DNA of 32,664 nucleotides from an uncultured Clostridia bacterium (lineage in GTDB: Bacteria; Bacillota; JAAYKD01; CAYOCI01). Shown piece by piece: positions 24,301 through 32,378 of this stretch. Position 1 is the stretch's first letter; the number at the start of each line of letters is the position of its first letter. The position numbers were made by a program, and so were the translations under genes. The notes below the pieces were generated by a model. That model did not search any database. It had not been told where the DNA came from and saw only the letters and a list, made by a program, of their open reading frames with translations. Where the stretch lies: positions 3,758-36,421 of the forward strand of contig CAZINL010000004.1 in assembly GCA_964540595.1 (NCBI GenBank), in the 5' to 3' direction.

Positions 24301-24316
24301 TGTGACCTGGATCACA
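24301..24316. promoter_or_regulatory. Perfect CRP/FNR-family-type operator TGTGA-N6-TCACA
   Basis: TGTGACCTGGATCACA at 24301-24316 in the divergent region between the ferredoxin-ric-cupin operon and the aminotransferase gene. A minus-strand -10 TATACT (24279-24274) places the box centre at about -41.5 from a predicted TSS near 24267. Confidence 0.5.
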
Positions 24317-24471
24317 TGGGTGTATGAAGTTTCTCACACCGCTGCGGATCATCGGCTGTATATGGTATTCGGTTGCTGTGTGAAGAATCAGCACTGCTTG
24401 TATGTTTCAAGAAGGAGAACCCCTCGCGTTCGACTAACAGAGTAGAAAACAATGAGGAGGGGGAGAGGACG

Positions 24472-25641
24472 ATGGAATGGCAGACACTACGTGCTGAGTT
24501 TCCGGCTCTGACCAGCGGCAACTACCTCAATACCGGTGGTGGTGGGCTGGTCCCAGCTTCAGTGGCACGGGCCGCTGGTGAGCGCTTGGCGCGCTACTAT
24601 AGCCAAGAGATGCCGGTTCACCAGCGTGACATGATGATGCGGCAGGAGTTTGAGGCCGCCCGAGCGACGATTGCCGGGGTAGCGGGAACCAGCCCTGAGC
24701 GGATAGCTTTCTCCGAGAGCACTGCCGATGCTACCAAAGCTGTGCTGTACAATATCGGCTGGCAGCCTGGCGACCAGGTCGCCTACCTCTCCAGTGAGCA
24801 CTTTGCGTTAACTATCCAACTGCGCTTCTTGGCCGGGCTGTACGGCCTGGAACTGATCGAGATCCCTAATGCGGTCGGGGCGGTCGATCCAGATGCGGTG
24901 GCAGCCTACCTATCGCCCAAGGTGCGCCTGCTCTGTGTTAGCCATGTGGCGTATGCCACGGGTGCGCTGCAGCCGATCGCTGATATCGCCGCCGTTGCCC
25001 ACCGCTTCGGAGTCCCGGTTCTGGTCGATGGGGCGCAGGGCGTCGGTGCGACAGCGTTCAATGTGGAGCAGTCCGGCTGTGACTTCTACACCTTCCCCGG
25101 GCAGAAGTGGCTACTCGGTCCCGAAGGGGTCGGCGGGATCTACCTCTCCGCCGCCGGTCAAGAGCTCCTGCAGCCGCGGGTGATCGGCATCCCGTCTTGC
25201 CGCAGCTTCAAGATGGATGGTCAATATGAGCTGCATACCGATGCTCGCCTGTTGGAGCTGAACAAGGTCAACCCGGTTTACTATACTGCCCTGGCCGATT
25301 CCATCCGCTGGGTGGATCAGGAGGTCGGCAGAGACTGGGCTTTGACGAGGATCACAGCGCTCTGTCAGCGCCTGCAGGATGGGCTGCGCGAGATTCCTGG
25401 GATCAATGTCATTACCCCGCCAACGCCTGACCAATCGGCTGGTCTCGTCTGCGCGCATCTCGACTGGTCGGAAGGTGCACAGATCTTATCATCCCTCTGG
25501 GAGCAGGAGCGGGTCGTGATTCGCCAGTACCGTACCCCGGTGGGCTTCCGTGTCTCGCCGCACTTCTACAACAACGAGGATGATGTGGATCACTTCCTGC
25601 AGGTGATGCGCCGTCTGGCGCCGAAGGGGAGCGGGCGATAG
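24472..25641 (+). CDS. Aminotransferase class V-fold PLP enzyme (cysteine desulfurase / epimerase-like)
   Basis: LNTGGGG near the N-terminus, SHVAYATGALQPI, VDGAQGVGA, and PLP-lysine context FPGQKWLLGPEGVGG. ATG 24472 with GAGGAGGGGGAG upstream. Confidence 0.85.
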   Translation: MEWQTLRAEFPALTSGNYLNTGGGGLVPASVARAAGERLARYYSQEMPVHQRDMMMRQEFEAARATIAGVAGTSPERIAFSESTADATKAVLYNIGWQPGDQVAYLSSEHFALTIQLRFLAGLYGLELIEIPNAVGAVDPDAVAAYLSPKVRLLCVSHVAYATGALQPIADIAAVAHRFGVPVLVDGAQGVGATAFNVEQSGCDFYTFPGQKWLLGPEGVGGIYLSAAGQELLQPRVIGIPSCRSFKMDGQYELHTDARLLELNKVNPVYYTALADSIRWVDQEVGRDWALTRITALCQRLQDGLREIPGINVITPPTPDQSAGLVCAHLDWSEGAQILSSLWEQERVVIRQYRTPVGFRVSPHFYNNEDDVDHFLQVMRRLAPKGSGR

Positions 25642-25677
25642 CGGGGCAGGCAGACAAGTAGGGTTAGGTACAGAGAA

Positions 25678-25724
25678 AGCGGTCACAGATGCCAGTTGGC
25701 ACCTGTGACCGCTCTTGTTTTGTC
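25678..25724 (+). terminator. Intrinsic terminator of the aminotransferase gene
   Basis: AGCGGTCACAGATGCC - AGTT - GGCACCTGTGACCGCT (one A/C mismatch) followed by the T-rich CTTGTTTTGTCTCTCTT. Confidence 0.75.
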
Positions 25725-25728
25725 TCTC

Positions 25729-26556
25729 TTATCTCGTTGCCGCAGCTTCGTAGAAGCCACGCTTGGCCTCGTACATCCTCTGGTCGGCGATGGAGATGGC
25801 AGCCTCGAGGCTAGGGGTCTGGGCTACGAGGCACGCGCCCACGCTTAGGCAGACATGCCCAGGGGTGCCAAACTGCGAGCAGTCGCCTCCCTGCTTGAGC
25901 CGCTCCATCACCCGGATCAGCGTCTCCTCGTGTCCGTCGTAGACCAGGATCAAGAACTCATCGCCGCCGATGCGGAAGACCAGATCGCTCTTTCTGACGG
26001 ACTGACGCAGCAACTGGGCGGTGGCGACGATCAGCTGATCGCCTGCCAGATGCCCATGCTGGTCATTGACCATCTTCAGCCCATTGAGGTCCGCCATGAT
26101 CACGCCGATTAAGCCTCTCGTCGCCTCAGGATCCGCAATGATGCTGTTGTAGTGCTGTCGGTTATACAGGCCTGTTAGGCCGTCGGTGATCGCCGCGGTG
26201 CGCAGTATGCTGGCTGTTGTCTCCCGTTCGGTGACATCACGGGTCACGATCACCATGCCGCGTTCGTTGCCCAGCTCCACCGGCAGATAGAGATTCTCGA
26301 TCATCCGGCCTTCCCGCTCCAATACCCGATGCCATTCTTTGACCTGGGTATGGGCGATGACCTGCCGTACCCTGGGGCGAGAGCCCTCGGAGTGGCAGCT
26401 CAGCACGGAGTTGACCGTGTCCTGACGCCAGCCGAGGAGTTCAGTGGCGCGGGAATTGGCCCATCTAACCTCACCATTGGCGCTTACGATCGTGACCCCC
26501 AAGCCTATCTCCTCAAATACTCGTGCAATGATCTCCGGGGGAAGTTCCTTGACCAT
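25729..26556 (-). CDS. PAS-GGDEF diguanylate cyclase
   Basis: N-terminal PAS domain (GVTIVSANGEVRWANSRATELLGW). GGDEF domain with GLTGLYNRQHY and an intact RIGGDEF active site. An RxxD I-site (RKSD) lies five residues upstream of GGDEF. GGAGGTG RBS. Confidence 0.9.
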   Translation of the reverse strand: MVKELPPEIIARVFEEIGLGVTIVSANGEVRWANSRATELLGWRQDTVNSVLSCHSEGSRPRVRQVIAHTQVKEWHRVLEREGRMIENLYLPVELGNERGMVIVTRDVTERETTASILRTAAITDGLTGLYNRQHYNSIIADPEATRGLIGVIMADLNGLKMVNDQHGHLAGDQLIVATAQLLRQSVRKSDLVFRIGGDEFLILVYDGHEETLIRVMERLKQGGDCSQFGTPGHVCLSVGACLVAQTPSLEAAISIADQRMYEAKRGFYEAAATR

Positions 26557-26632
26557 GGCCGCACCTCCGTAGTGGTTGGTGTAACCAATTCTACGCTAGG
26601 GGCGTTGGTCTGGCAACGGGAGAGTGCGGGGC

Positions 26633-27994
26633 CTATTCCTTCATGATCCGCCAGATGATGCCAGTGCCAGGCGAATAGTTCTCGCCCTCTTCAGCCGCCA
26701 TGCCGAAGTCGACAACGTAGAGCTTGCCATCGGGGCCAAAGACGGCATCGATCGGTCGCTCGAAACCCCCACCGTCGGTGGCCGATGCGGCCATACCGCT
26801 CTTGTTGATGGCAAAGGTCCGCACCGCTCCGGTCTGCATATCGATGATCGAGACACGATGGCCGACCGTTGGCGCTGGCAGGCCACCGGTGGTCTCAGGT
26901 GCCTCACTGCCAAATTCGGCGATGAAGACATCACCAGTGCGGCCGAAGGCGGGGTTGGGGTTGAAGTCCCAGCCCATGGTCGCCGAATGGTCGGGGAAGG
27001 TGGCAAAGGGGCGCGGCGGGGTCATCGGGTGGCACGCGAGCAGGAAGTGAGGCTGAGGATGGTTGGGCGCTCTAAACTGCGGCAAGGTCACCGGCTGCCC
27101 GCCAGTGTAGTCGGGCCATCCATACCACGCGCCTTGCGTGATCAGCTGGAACTCATCGGGTGAGTTATCGACCGGGCGGCTGCCGCGCACATCCATGCCG
27201 TGGTTGGCCGCGAAGAGGCGTCCCTCGCAGTCAAAGCGCATGCGGAAGGGATTGCGTAGGCCCCAGGCCACCAGTTCCAGTTGTGATCCATCGGGATTGG
27301 CCCGCAAGACGCTGCCGCTCGCCCGCTCACGCCCCTGGATCACCTCACCGGGGACGGTAGCGACACCGAACGGCGAGTAGGCGCCGGTGATGGCGGTGTC
27401 ATGGGGGGCTGCGGTGCGGAACTCCTCGGTTAGGAAGTTCTCTCCCATCAGCACCACTGCTGTACCCGGGGTATCGTGCATCTCGGGATGGGTCTCGACC
27501 CACTCGGCGTTGTCCATGCCGACTACGCCGGAATTGGTTGCGGTCCCTTGGCCAAAGTACATCTTGCCGTCCGGGCCAAAGACCACGCGGTTGTTGTGGT
27601 GGTCACCCCAGCTCGGTAGACCGGAGAGGATATCGGTCTTTTTGCCGCTGGGGTCCACGGCGGTGACGAACCCGCGATGGGAGACATAGATCAGGTCACC
27701 GTAGGTATTGATCCCGGTCAACGGCGGGTTGAAGCCGTCGGCGAGCAACTCCCAACCTACATCAGCTCGGCGGTAGACCTTGCCGTTGCCATCGGTGATA
27801 CCAGCATCGGCGATGAACATCGTTCCATCGTCGGCGAAGTGTAGGTTGATAGGCGTGGTCAAGCCGGTAGCATAGACCTCGATCTTGTAGCCTGGTGGTA
27901 GCGAGATATCTTCTGGGGCGACGCGACGGAAGATCTCCGTGGTAATGAACGGGGCTGGCATCTGTCCACCCATGAGAAAACACACCCTTCCCAT
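26633..27994 (-). CDS. PQQ-dependent sugar dehydrogenase-like beta-propeller (SGDH/YliI family)
   Basis: Family-typical motifs WGLRNPFRMRFD, GMDVRGSRPVDNSPDEFQLITQGAWYGWP, DVFIAEFGS and DGKLYVVD. Start ambiguous (ATGs at 27994, 27973, 27961). No signal peptide is visible. Confidence 0.78.
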   Translation of the reverse strand: MGRVCFLMGGQMPAPFITTEIFRRVAPEDISLPPGYKIEVYATGLTTPINLHFADDGTMFIADAGITDGNGKVYRRADVGWELLADGFNPPLTGINTYGDLIYVSHRGFVTAVDPSGKKTDILSGLPSWGDHHNNRVVFGPDGKMYFGQGTATNSGVVGMDNAEWVETHPEMHDTPGTAVVLMGENFLTEEFRTAAPHDTAITGAYSPFGVATVPGEVIQGRERASGSVLRANPDGSQLELVAWGLRNPFRMRFDCEGRLFAANHGMDVRGSRPVDNSPDEFQLITQGAWYGWPDYTGGQPVTLPQFRAPNHPQPHFLLACHPMTPPRPFATFPDHSATMGWDFNPNPAFGRTGDVFIAEFGSEAPETTGGLPAPTVGHRVSIIDMQTGAVRTFAINKSGMAASATDGGGFERPIDAVFGPDGKLYVVDFGMAAEEGENYSPGTGIIWRIMKE

Positions 27995-28136
27995 ATTGCT
28001 CCTACCTTACTCTATTCGGTGGGCAGTTTGGGGGTGTCACAAGGGGATGAAAAGGGTCTGCCACGATCGTCTAACCATGAAACTAATGCCGCCTCTAGGC
28101 GTATCAACAGGTGAGAGATGGAGGAGGTAAAGAGAG

Positions 28137-28505
28137 ATGGTAAGGATACCCTTTCCAGACCCCGGGTTTGGCTTCGCATCGGCGATGCTCACCATCATTC
28201 CGCTGATCGTCTTTGGCGGGTTCGCCTACGTCATCGGCAGCATGCTCTACCGTTGGTTTGTCAATGAGACTAGCCCTCGGGAAGAGCGTCATGCCACCGT
28301 GATGGCTAAGCGCACGCATGTATCAGGTGGTGGGCACCACCATCATCATGCATCGACCTCATATTACATCACCTTTCAATTCGAAGACGGTGGTCGTCTG
28401 GAGCTGCCCGTCAATGGCAGCGACTTTGGGGTGTTGTTTGAAGGCGATAGCGGCCTGTTGAACTACCAGGGGACCCGCTTCAACCATTTCCAGAGAGGCC
28501 AGTAG
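28137..28505 (+). CDS. DUF2500-like small membrane protein
   Basis: One N-terminal TM helix (MLTIIPLIVFGGFAYVIGSMLY), a His-rich linker, then YYITFQFEDGGRLELPVNGSDFGVLFEGDSGLLNYQGTRFNHF, which matches my recollection of the DUF2500 pattern. GGAGGAGG RBS. Confidence 0.68.
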   Translation: MVRIPFPDPGFGFASAMLTIIPLIVFGGFAYVIGSMLYRWFVNETSPREERHATVMAKRTHVSGGGHHHHHASTSYYITFQFEDGGRLELPVNGSDFGVLFEGDSGLLNYQGTRFNHFQRGQ

Positions 28506-28527
28506 ACGACGTAGTTGTCTCGATGGT

Positions 28528-28566
28528 AAAGATGACCCGCAGCCGATCTCGCTGCGGGTCATCTTT
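28528..28566 (+). terminator. Intrinsic terminator after the DUF2500 gene
   Basis: AAAGATGACCCGCAGC - CGATCTC - GCTGCGGGTCATCTTT, a 16-bp perfect stem ending in TTT. Confidence 0.75.
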
Positions 28567-28734
28567 CACAGTGGCGTCCTAACTTCTTCGTCGACGCCCC
28601 CCCGGTTGCATGGGGCATTTGGTCTCACTGTTGCGCCAAGCAGATTGCTGCAGGAGTCTAAGGGTGGGCTGCCGTATTCAGGCTAGAATAACTGTGGGGC
28701 TGCAGGGGCTGGCCATGAAAGGGGATGCCAGTGA

Positions 28735-30489
28735 TTGAGGAAGCCTTCGTTCTGGCGCTATATCGGTGAACAGTGGCACTGGCTGACCATTGGCTCGCTC
28801 ACAGGGATCGTGATGAATACCAGCGTTGTCTTGCCACCTATTCTGCTGGGCAGAGCTATCGACCACGCCCGAGCTCAAATGGAGGGCGGGTTAATCGGCG
28901 TCGCGGTCATCAGAAAGGATCTTGTGCTTTACCTCCTGGCCATCATGCTCTATGCCCTGGCACGGGTGGGCAAGCGCTATGGGCTACGCATCATGGCCAA
29001 CCGCATGAACTGCCGCCTACGCGCTGATCTTCTGGCCGCTTCGTTTGCTTGGCCGATGCCGCGCTATGATCAGGAGAAGGTCGGCGATATTATGTCCCGC
29101 GCCGTCGGCGATGTCCAGAGCTTCAGCGACGCGGTGCAGGTCGTGATCACCGAGGTCTTTGACACCGCCCTGATGATGGCCTCTTCGTTCGTCGCTCTGC
29201 TGGTGATCGATACACGTCTGACCCTAATCGCCGCCCTCCCCGTACCTGTGGCGGTGGGGATCGCACAATGGATGGGGCCGCGTATCTTCGCCCGTGCGAC
29301 CAAGGTGCGCGAGGCAGCCTCGGCGATGAATAACCACCTGCAGCAAGCGGTGGCAGGTGTCCGCGTCTTTCGTCTCCTCGGGCGTGAGGGGGAACAGGGC
29401 CAGCGTTTTGCCCTGCTCTCCGATCGTCAGCGTCAGACCAATCTCCACCTCGCCTTACTGCAGGGTGGGGTGATGCCGGTCTACTCGGTGGTTGCCTCGC
29501 TGGGCGTGGTGGTGATCATTGGCTGGGGTGGTATTGGTGTTCTGCAGGGGCAATGGAGCCTTGGCACCTTCACTAGCTACCTGACGATGTTTGTCGCTAT
29601 GGCGGCGCGCACGCTGGTGGCGGCCCAGGCGATCAACCGTGCCTACGTGGGTGCCGCCGCTTGGCGGAGGATCGAACCGAAGCTAACCGTCGCGACAGAG
29701 GATGGTCCGGCTGTAATGGAAGAGGGGCTGGTGACTGCCCAAGGTATCGATCTACAGATCCGTGACCTGTCCTTCAGTTTTCCCGGGGCCAATCGGCCTG
29801 TCTTGACCGAGCTCAACCTGCCCATCCCCGCCGGTTCCTGGGTGGGGATCACCGGGCCGATCGGCTCCGGCAAGACCGCCTTGGCTTTGGCTCTCTCGGG
29901 GCTCTACCCCTACCAAGGGAGCATCACCATCGGTGGCAAAGAGCTGAGCAGCTTTACCTCGGAGGAGAAGGTGAGGGGCATCGCCCATATGGGTCAGGAT
30001 TCTTTCCTCTTCTCCGCCACCATCGCCGAGAATGTGGCCTTTCGATCGACTGCCGAGGCTGATCGCGAACGCCTGGGGCGTGTCGCCCACTGGTCGGCGC
30101 TGGCTGACGATCTACCTCTTTTCCCTGCGGGCTATGATACGCCGGTGGGCGAGGTAGGGGTGAGGGTCTCGGGCGGCCAGCGGCAGCGGATCGCTCTTAG
30201 CCGCACCTTATATCCCGATACCCCGCTGATCATCCTCGACGATCCGTTCTCGGCGGTTGATCTGGCTACCGAGAGGCGGATGATCGAGCGGCTTCGTCAG
30301 GCCTTCGCGGGCTCTACCGTGATCATGTTCTCACATCGCCTGGCCAGTATTGGGCATACCGATCAGGTGCTGGTTCTCGACAAGGGACGTTTTGTAGAGC
30401 AGGGAACGCATCAGCGGTTACTCGAGCTAGGCGGTATCTATGCTCGGATCTACCGCGCTCAGCAATGGATGGAGGCGAACACCCAATGA
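28735..30489 (+). CDS. ABC exporter half-transporter, degenerate-site subunit of a heterodimer
   Basis: TMD plus NBD. Walker A GPIGSGKT, signature VSGGQRQRIALSR, Walker B LIILDDP with Asp in place of the catalytic Glu (codon 30241-30243), H-loop FSHRL. TTG start at 28735 (MRKPSFWRYIGEQW) with AAAGGGGA upstream; start uncertain. Confidence 0.85.
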   Translation: MRKPSFWRYIGEQWHWLTIGSLTGIVMNTSVVLPPILLGRAIDHARAQMEGGLIGVAVIRKDLVLYLLAIMLYALARVGKRYGLRIMANRMNCRLRADLLAASFAWPMPRYDQEKVGDIMSRAVGDVQSFSDAVQVVITEVFDTALMMASSFVALLVIDTRLTLIAALPVPVAVGIAQWMGPRIFARATKVREAASAMNNHLQQAVAGVRVFRLLGREGEQGQRFALLSDRQRQTNLHLALLQGGVMPVYSVVASLGVVVIIGWGGIGVLQGQWSLGTFTSYLTMFVAMAARTLVAAQAINRAYVGAAAWRRIEPKLTVATEDGPAVMEEGLVTAQGIDLQIRDLSFSFPGANRPVLTELNLPIPAGSWVGITGPIGSGKTALALALSGLYPYQGSITIGGKELSSFTSEEKVRGIAHMGQDSFLFSATIAENVAFRSTAEADRERLGRVAHWSALADDLPLFPAGYDTPVGEVGVRVSGGQRQRIALSRTLYPDTPLIILDDPFSAVDLATERRMIERLRQAFAGSTVIMFSHRLASIGHTDQVLVLDKGRFVEQGTHQRLLELGGIYARIYRAQQWMEANTQ

Positions 30490-32237
30490 AAGCTCTGAGC
30501 GTCGGTCGTGTGCTCAAGGAGTCATTACTCCGACAGTGGCGGATGCTGGGTGCGCTGCTGGCGGTGGTGGTCACCGCCATGGTACTCGAGGCGGTGCCGC
30601 CGCTGGTCCTACAACGTCTGATCGATCGACACCTAGCAGTCGGCCTGATCAGCGGCATCTGGTCGCTGGCGCTGGTCTACCTGTTGGCCATCTTTGCTCA
30701 GCGCGCGGTGATCTTTGCCCAGAACTACTGCACCACGGTGATCGGTCAGGATATCCTTCATCGCCTGCGTCTATCGCTCGCCCAGCATTTCCGTGACCTA
30801 CCGCTGCGCTACTTCGACGCCACGCCGGTCGGTGATATCATGAGCCGAGCAACCGCCGATGTCGAGGCGGTCAATACGCTCTTCACCTCGGGGGTCGTGA
30901 GCGTCTTAGCTGACACGTTGCGGGTCGTGGGGGTGCTGGCCGCGATGTTCAGCCTCAACGTGCGCCTGACCTGGGTCTCGATGCTGGTCATCCCGATCAT
31001 CCTGGTCATCACCGAGTATTTCCGGCGCCATATTCGTCGCGCCGAGCGGACCACCCGTCTGGCTGTCGGGCGGATCAACAGCACCTTTCAAGAGAGCCTG
31101 TCGGGAATGCGCGTCATTCATACCTTTGGTCAGGAGCAGCGCTTTCAGCAGGTGCTGGGGGGCGATCTGAGCCTTTTCCTGGGCGCTGTCTCCCAAGCTA
31201 GCCTCTACAACTCGTTTTTCCCGCCGGCCATGGATCTGCTGCGGGGTTCACTCACCGTGGCGCTGCTCTGGGTGGGGATCAGCTCCCAAGGGCAGGGCGC
31301 CATCTCCATCGGTGTGCTGGTGGCGTTTCTGCAGCTGGTCACGCGCCTGTTCAGCCCGCTAACCGCGCTCAGTGATGAGTACCAGACTATCCAACAGGCC
31401 TTGGCCGGTGTGGAGCGGATCAATGAGGTGCTGATGCAGCCTGCCGAAGAGCGCCCCAGCTGGACTAAACTGCCCGAGCAGATCGTCGGCGAGGTCGTAA
31501 TCGATCAGCTCCACTTCGGTTACAGCTCGGAACGGCCGATTTTGCACGATCTGAACCTGAGGGTCAGCCCTGGGGAACGAGTTGCCATCGTGGGCCGAAC
31601 CGGAGCCGGCAAGACCAGTCTGCTTAACCTACTGGCCGGAGTCTACGCGCCCTGGTCGGGGACGATCACCATTGACGGCGTCGATCCGCGCCGTATCCCC
31701 CCTGAGCAGCGGCGTAAGCTTTTGGGCGTGGTTCCCCAGACGATCCAGCTCTTTGATGGTTCGATCAGCGACAACATCACCCTCGGTGACGCCAGCATTA
31801 GCCGTGAGGCGGTGGTTCATACCGCCCAGATCGTTGGGCTGCATGAGTTTATCAGCTCACTACCTGAAAGGTATGATACCTATCTGGGATCGGGAGGTAC
31901 GAGGCTTTCCCATGGGCAGCAGCAGCTTCTCTCCCTGGCCCGGGCGCTGGTCCTCGATCCAGCGGTACTACTTCTGGATGAGCCTACCTCGGGGCTCGAT
32001 GCTGACACGGAGCAGCGACTCTACGCTGCCATCCGCGCCGAGAGCAGCAAACGAACCACCATCACCATCTCTCATCGCTTGAGTGGGGTGATGGATGCCG
32101 AGCGCGTGATCGTCATGGCGGGTGGCCAGATCGTCCAAGACGGCACCCCCGATCAGCTGGCGCAGGAAGATGGCTGGTATGCCATGATGCGGGCACTGGA
32201 GAGCCTCGGCTGGCAGAGCGAGGTCGTGGTCGGGTAG
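30486..32237 (+). CDS. ABC exporter half-transporter, consensus-NBD subunit with a deviant signature motif
   Basis: Walker A GRTGAGKTS, signature LSHGQQQ (31905-31919; deviates from LSGGQ), Walker B LLLDEPTSGLD, H-loop ISHRL. ATGA overlap with the upstream gene (30486-30489). Confidence 0.9.
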   Translation: MKALSVGRVLKESLLRQWRMLGALLAVVVTAMVLEAVPPLVLQRLIDRHLAVGLISGIWSLALVYLLAIFAQRAVIFAQNYCTTVIGQDILHRLRLSLAQHFRDLPLRYFDATPVGDIMSRATADVEAVNTLFTSGVVSVLADTLRVVGVLAAMFSLNVRLTWVSMLVIPIILVITEYFRRHIRRAERTTRLAVGRINSTFQESLSGMRVIHTFGQEQRFQQVLGGDLSLFLGAVSQASLYNSFFPPAMDLLRGSLTVALLWVGISSQGQGAISIGVLVAFLQLVTRLFSPLTALSDEYQTIQQALAGVERINEVLMQPAEERPSWTKLPEQIVGEVVIDQLHFGYSSERPILHDLNLRVSPGERVAIVGRTGAGKTSLLNLLAGVYAPWSGTITIDGVDPRRIPPEQRRKLLGVVPQTIQLFDGSISDNITLGDASISREAVVHTAQIVGLHEFISSLPERYDTYLGSGGTRLSHGQQQLLSLARALVLDPAVLLLDEPTSGLDADTEQRLYAAIRAESSKRTTITISHRLSGVMDAERVIVMAGGQIVQDGTPDQLAQEDGWYAMMRALESLGWQSEVVVG

Positions 32238-32340
32238 CGAGATCATGTCGCCCTCTCAACTAGCGGTAGAATCAACGGAACAACGCGATGCAACTACCGC
32301 TCGATTGTCGCCAGGGGTTTGTCATGCTAATCTGCAGGTG

Positions 32341-32354
32341 ACAGTGCGCACTGT
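32341..32354. promoter_or_regulatory. 14-bp perfect palindrome, candidate operator upstream of the XRE gene
   Basis: ACAGTGCGCACTGT at 32341-32354, 17 nt upstream of the AGGAG RBS of the XRE-family gene. Pattern only. Confidence 0.25.
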
Positions 32355-32378
32355 TCACGATTAGACAGTGAGGAGTTG

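Noticed and set aside
28329-28343. His5 run (GGGHHHHHAS) in the DUF2500-like protein as a possible engineered His-tag or metal-binding novelty.
   Set aside because: It is internal to the protein, in the linker after the TM helix. From memory, His-rich linkers are common at this position in DUF2500 family members, so it is probably a family trait rather than something special.
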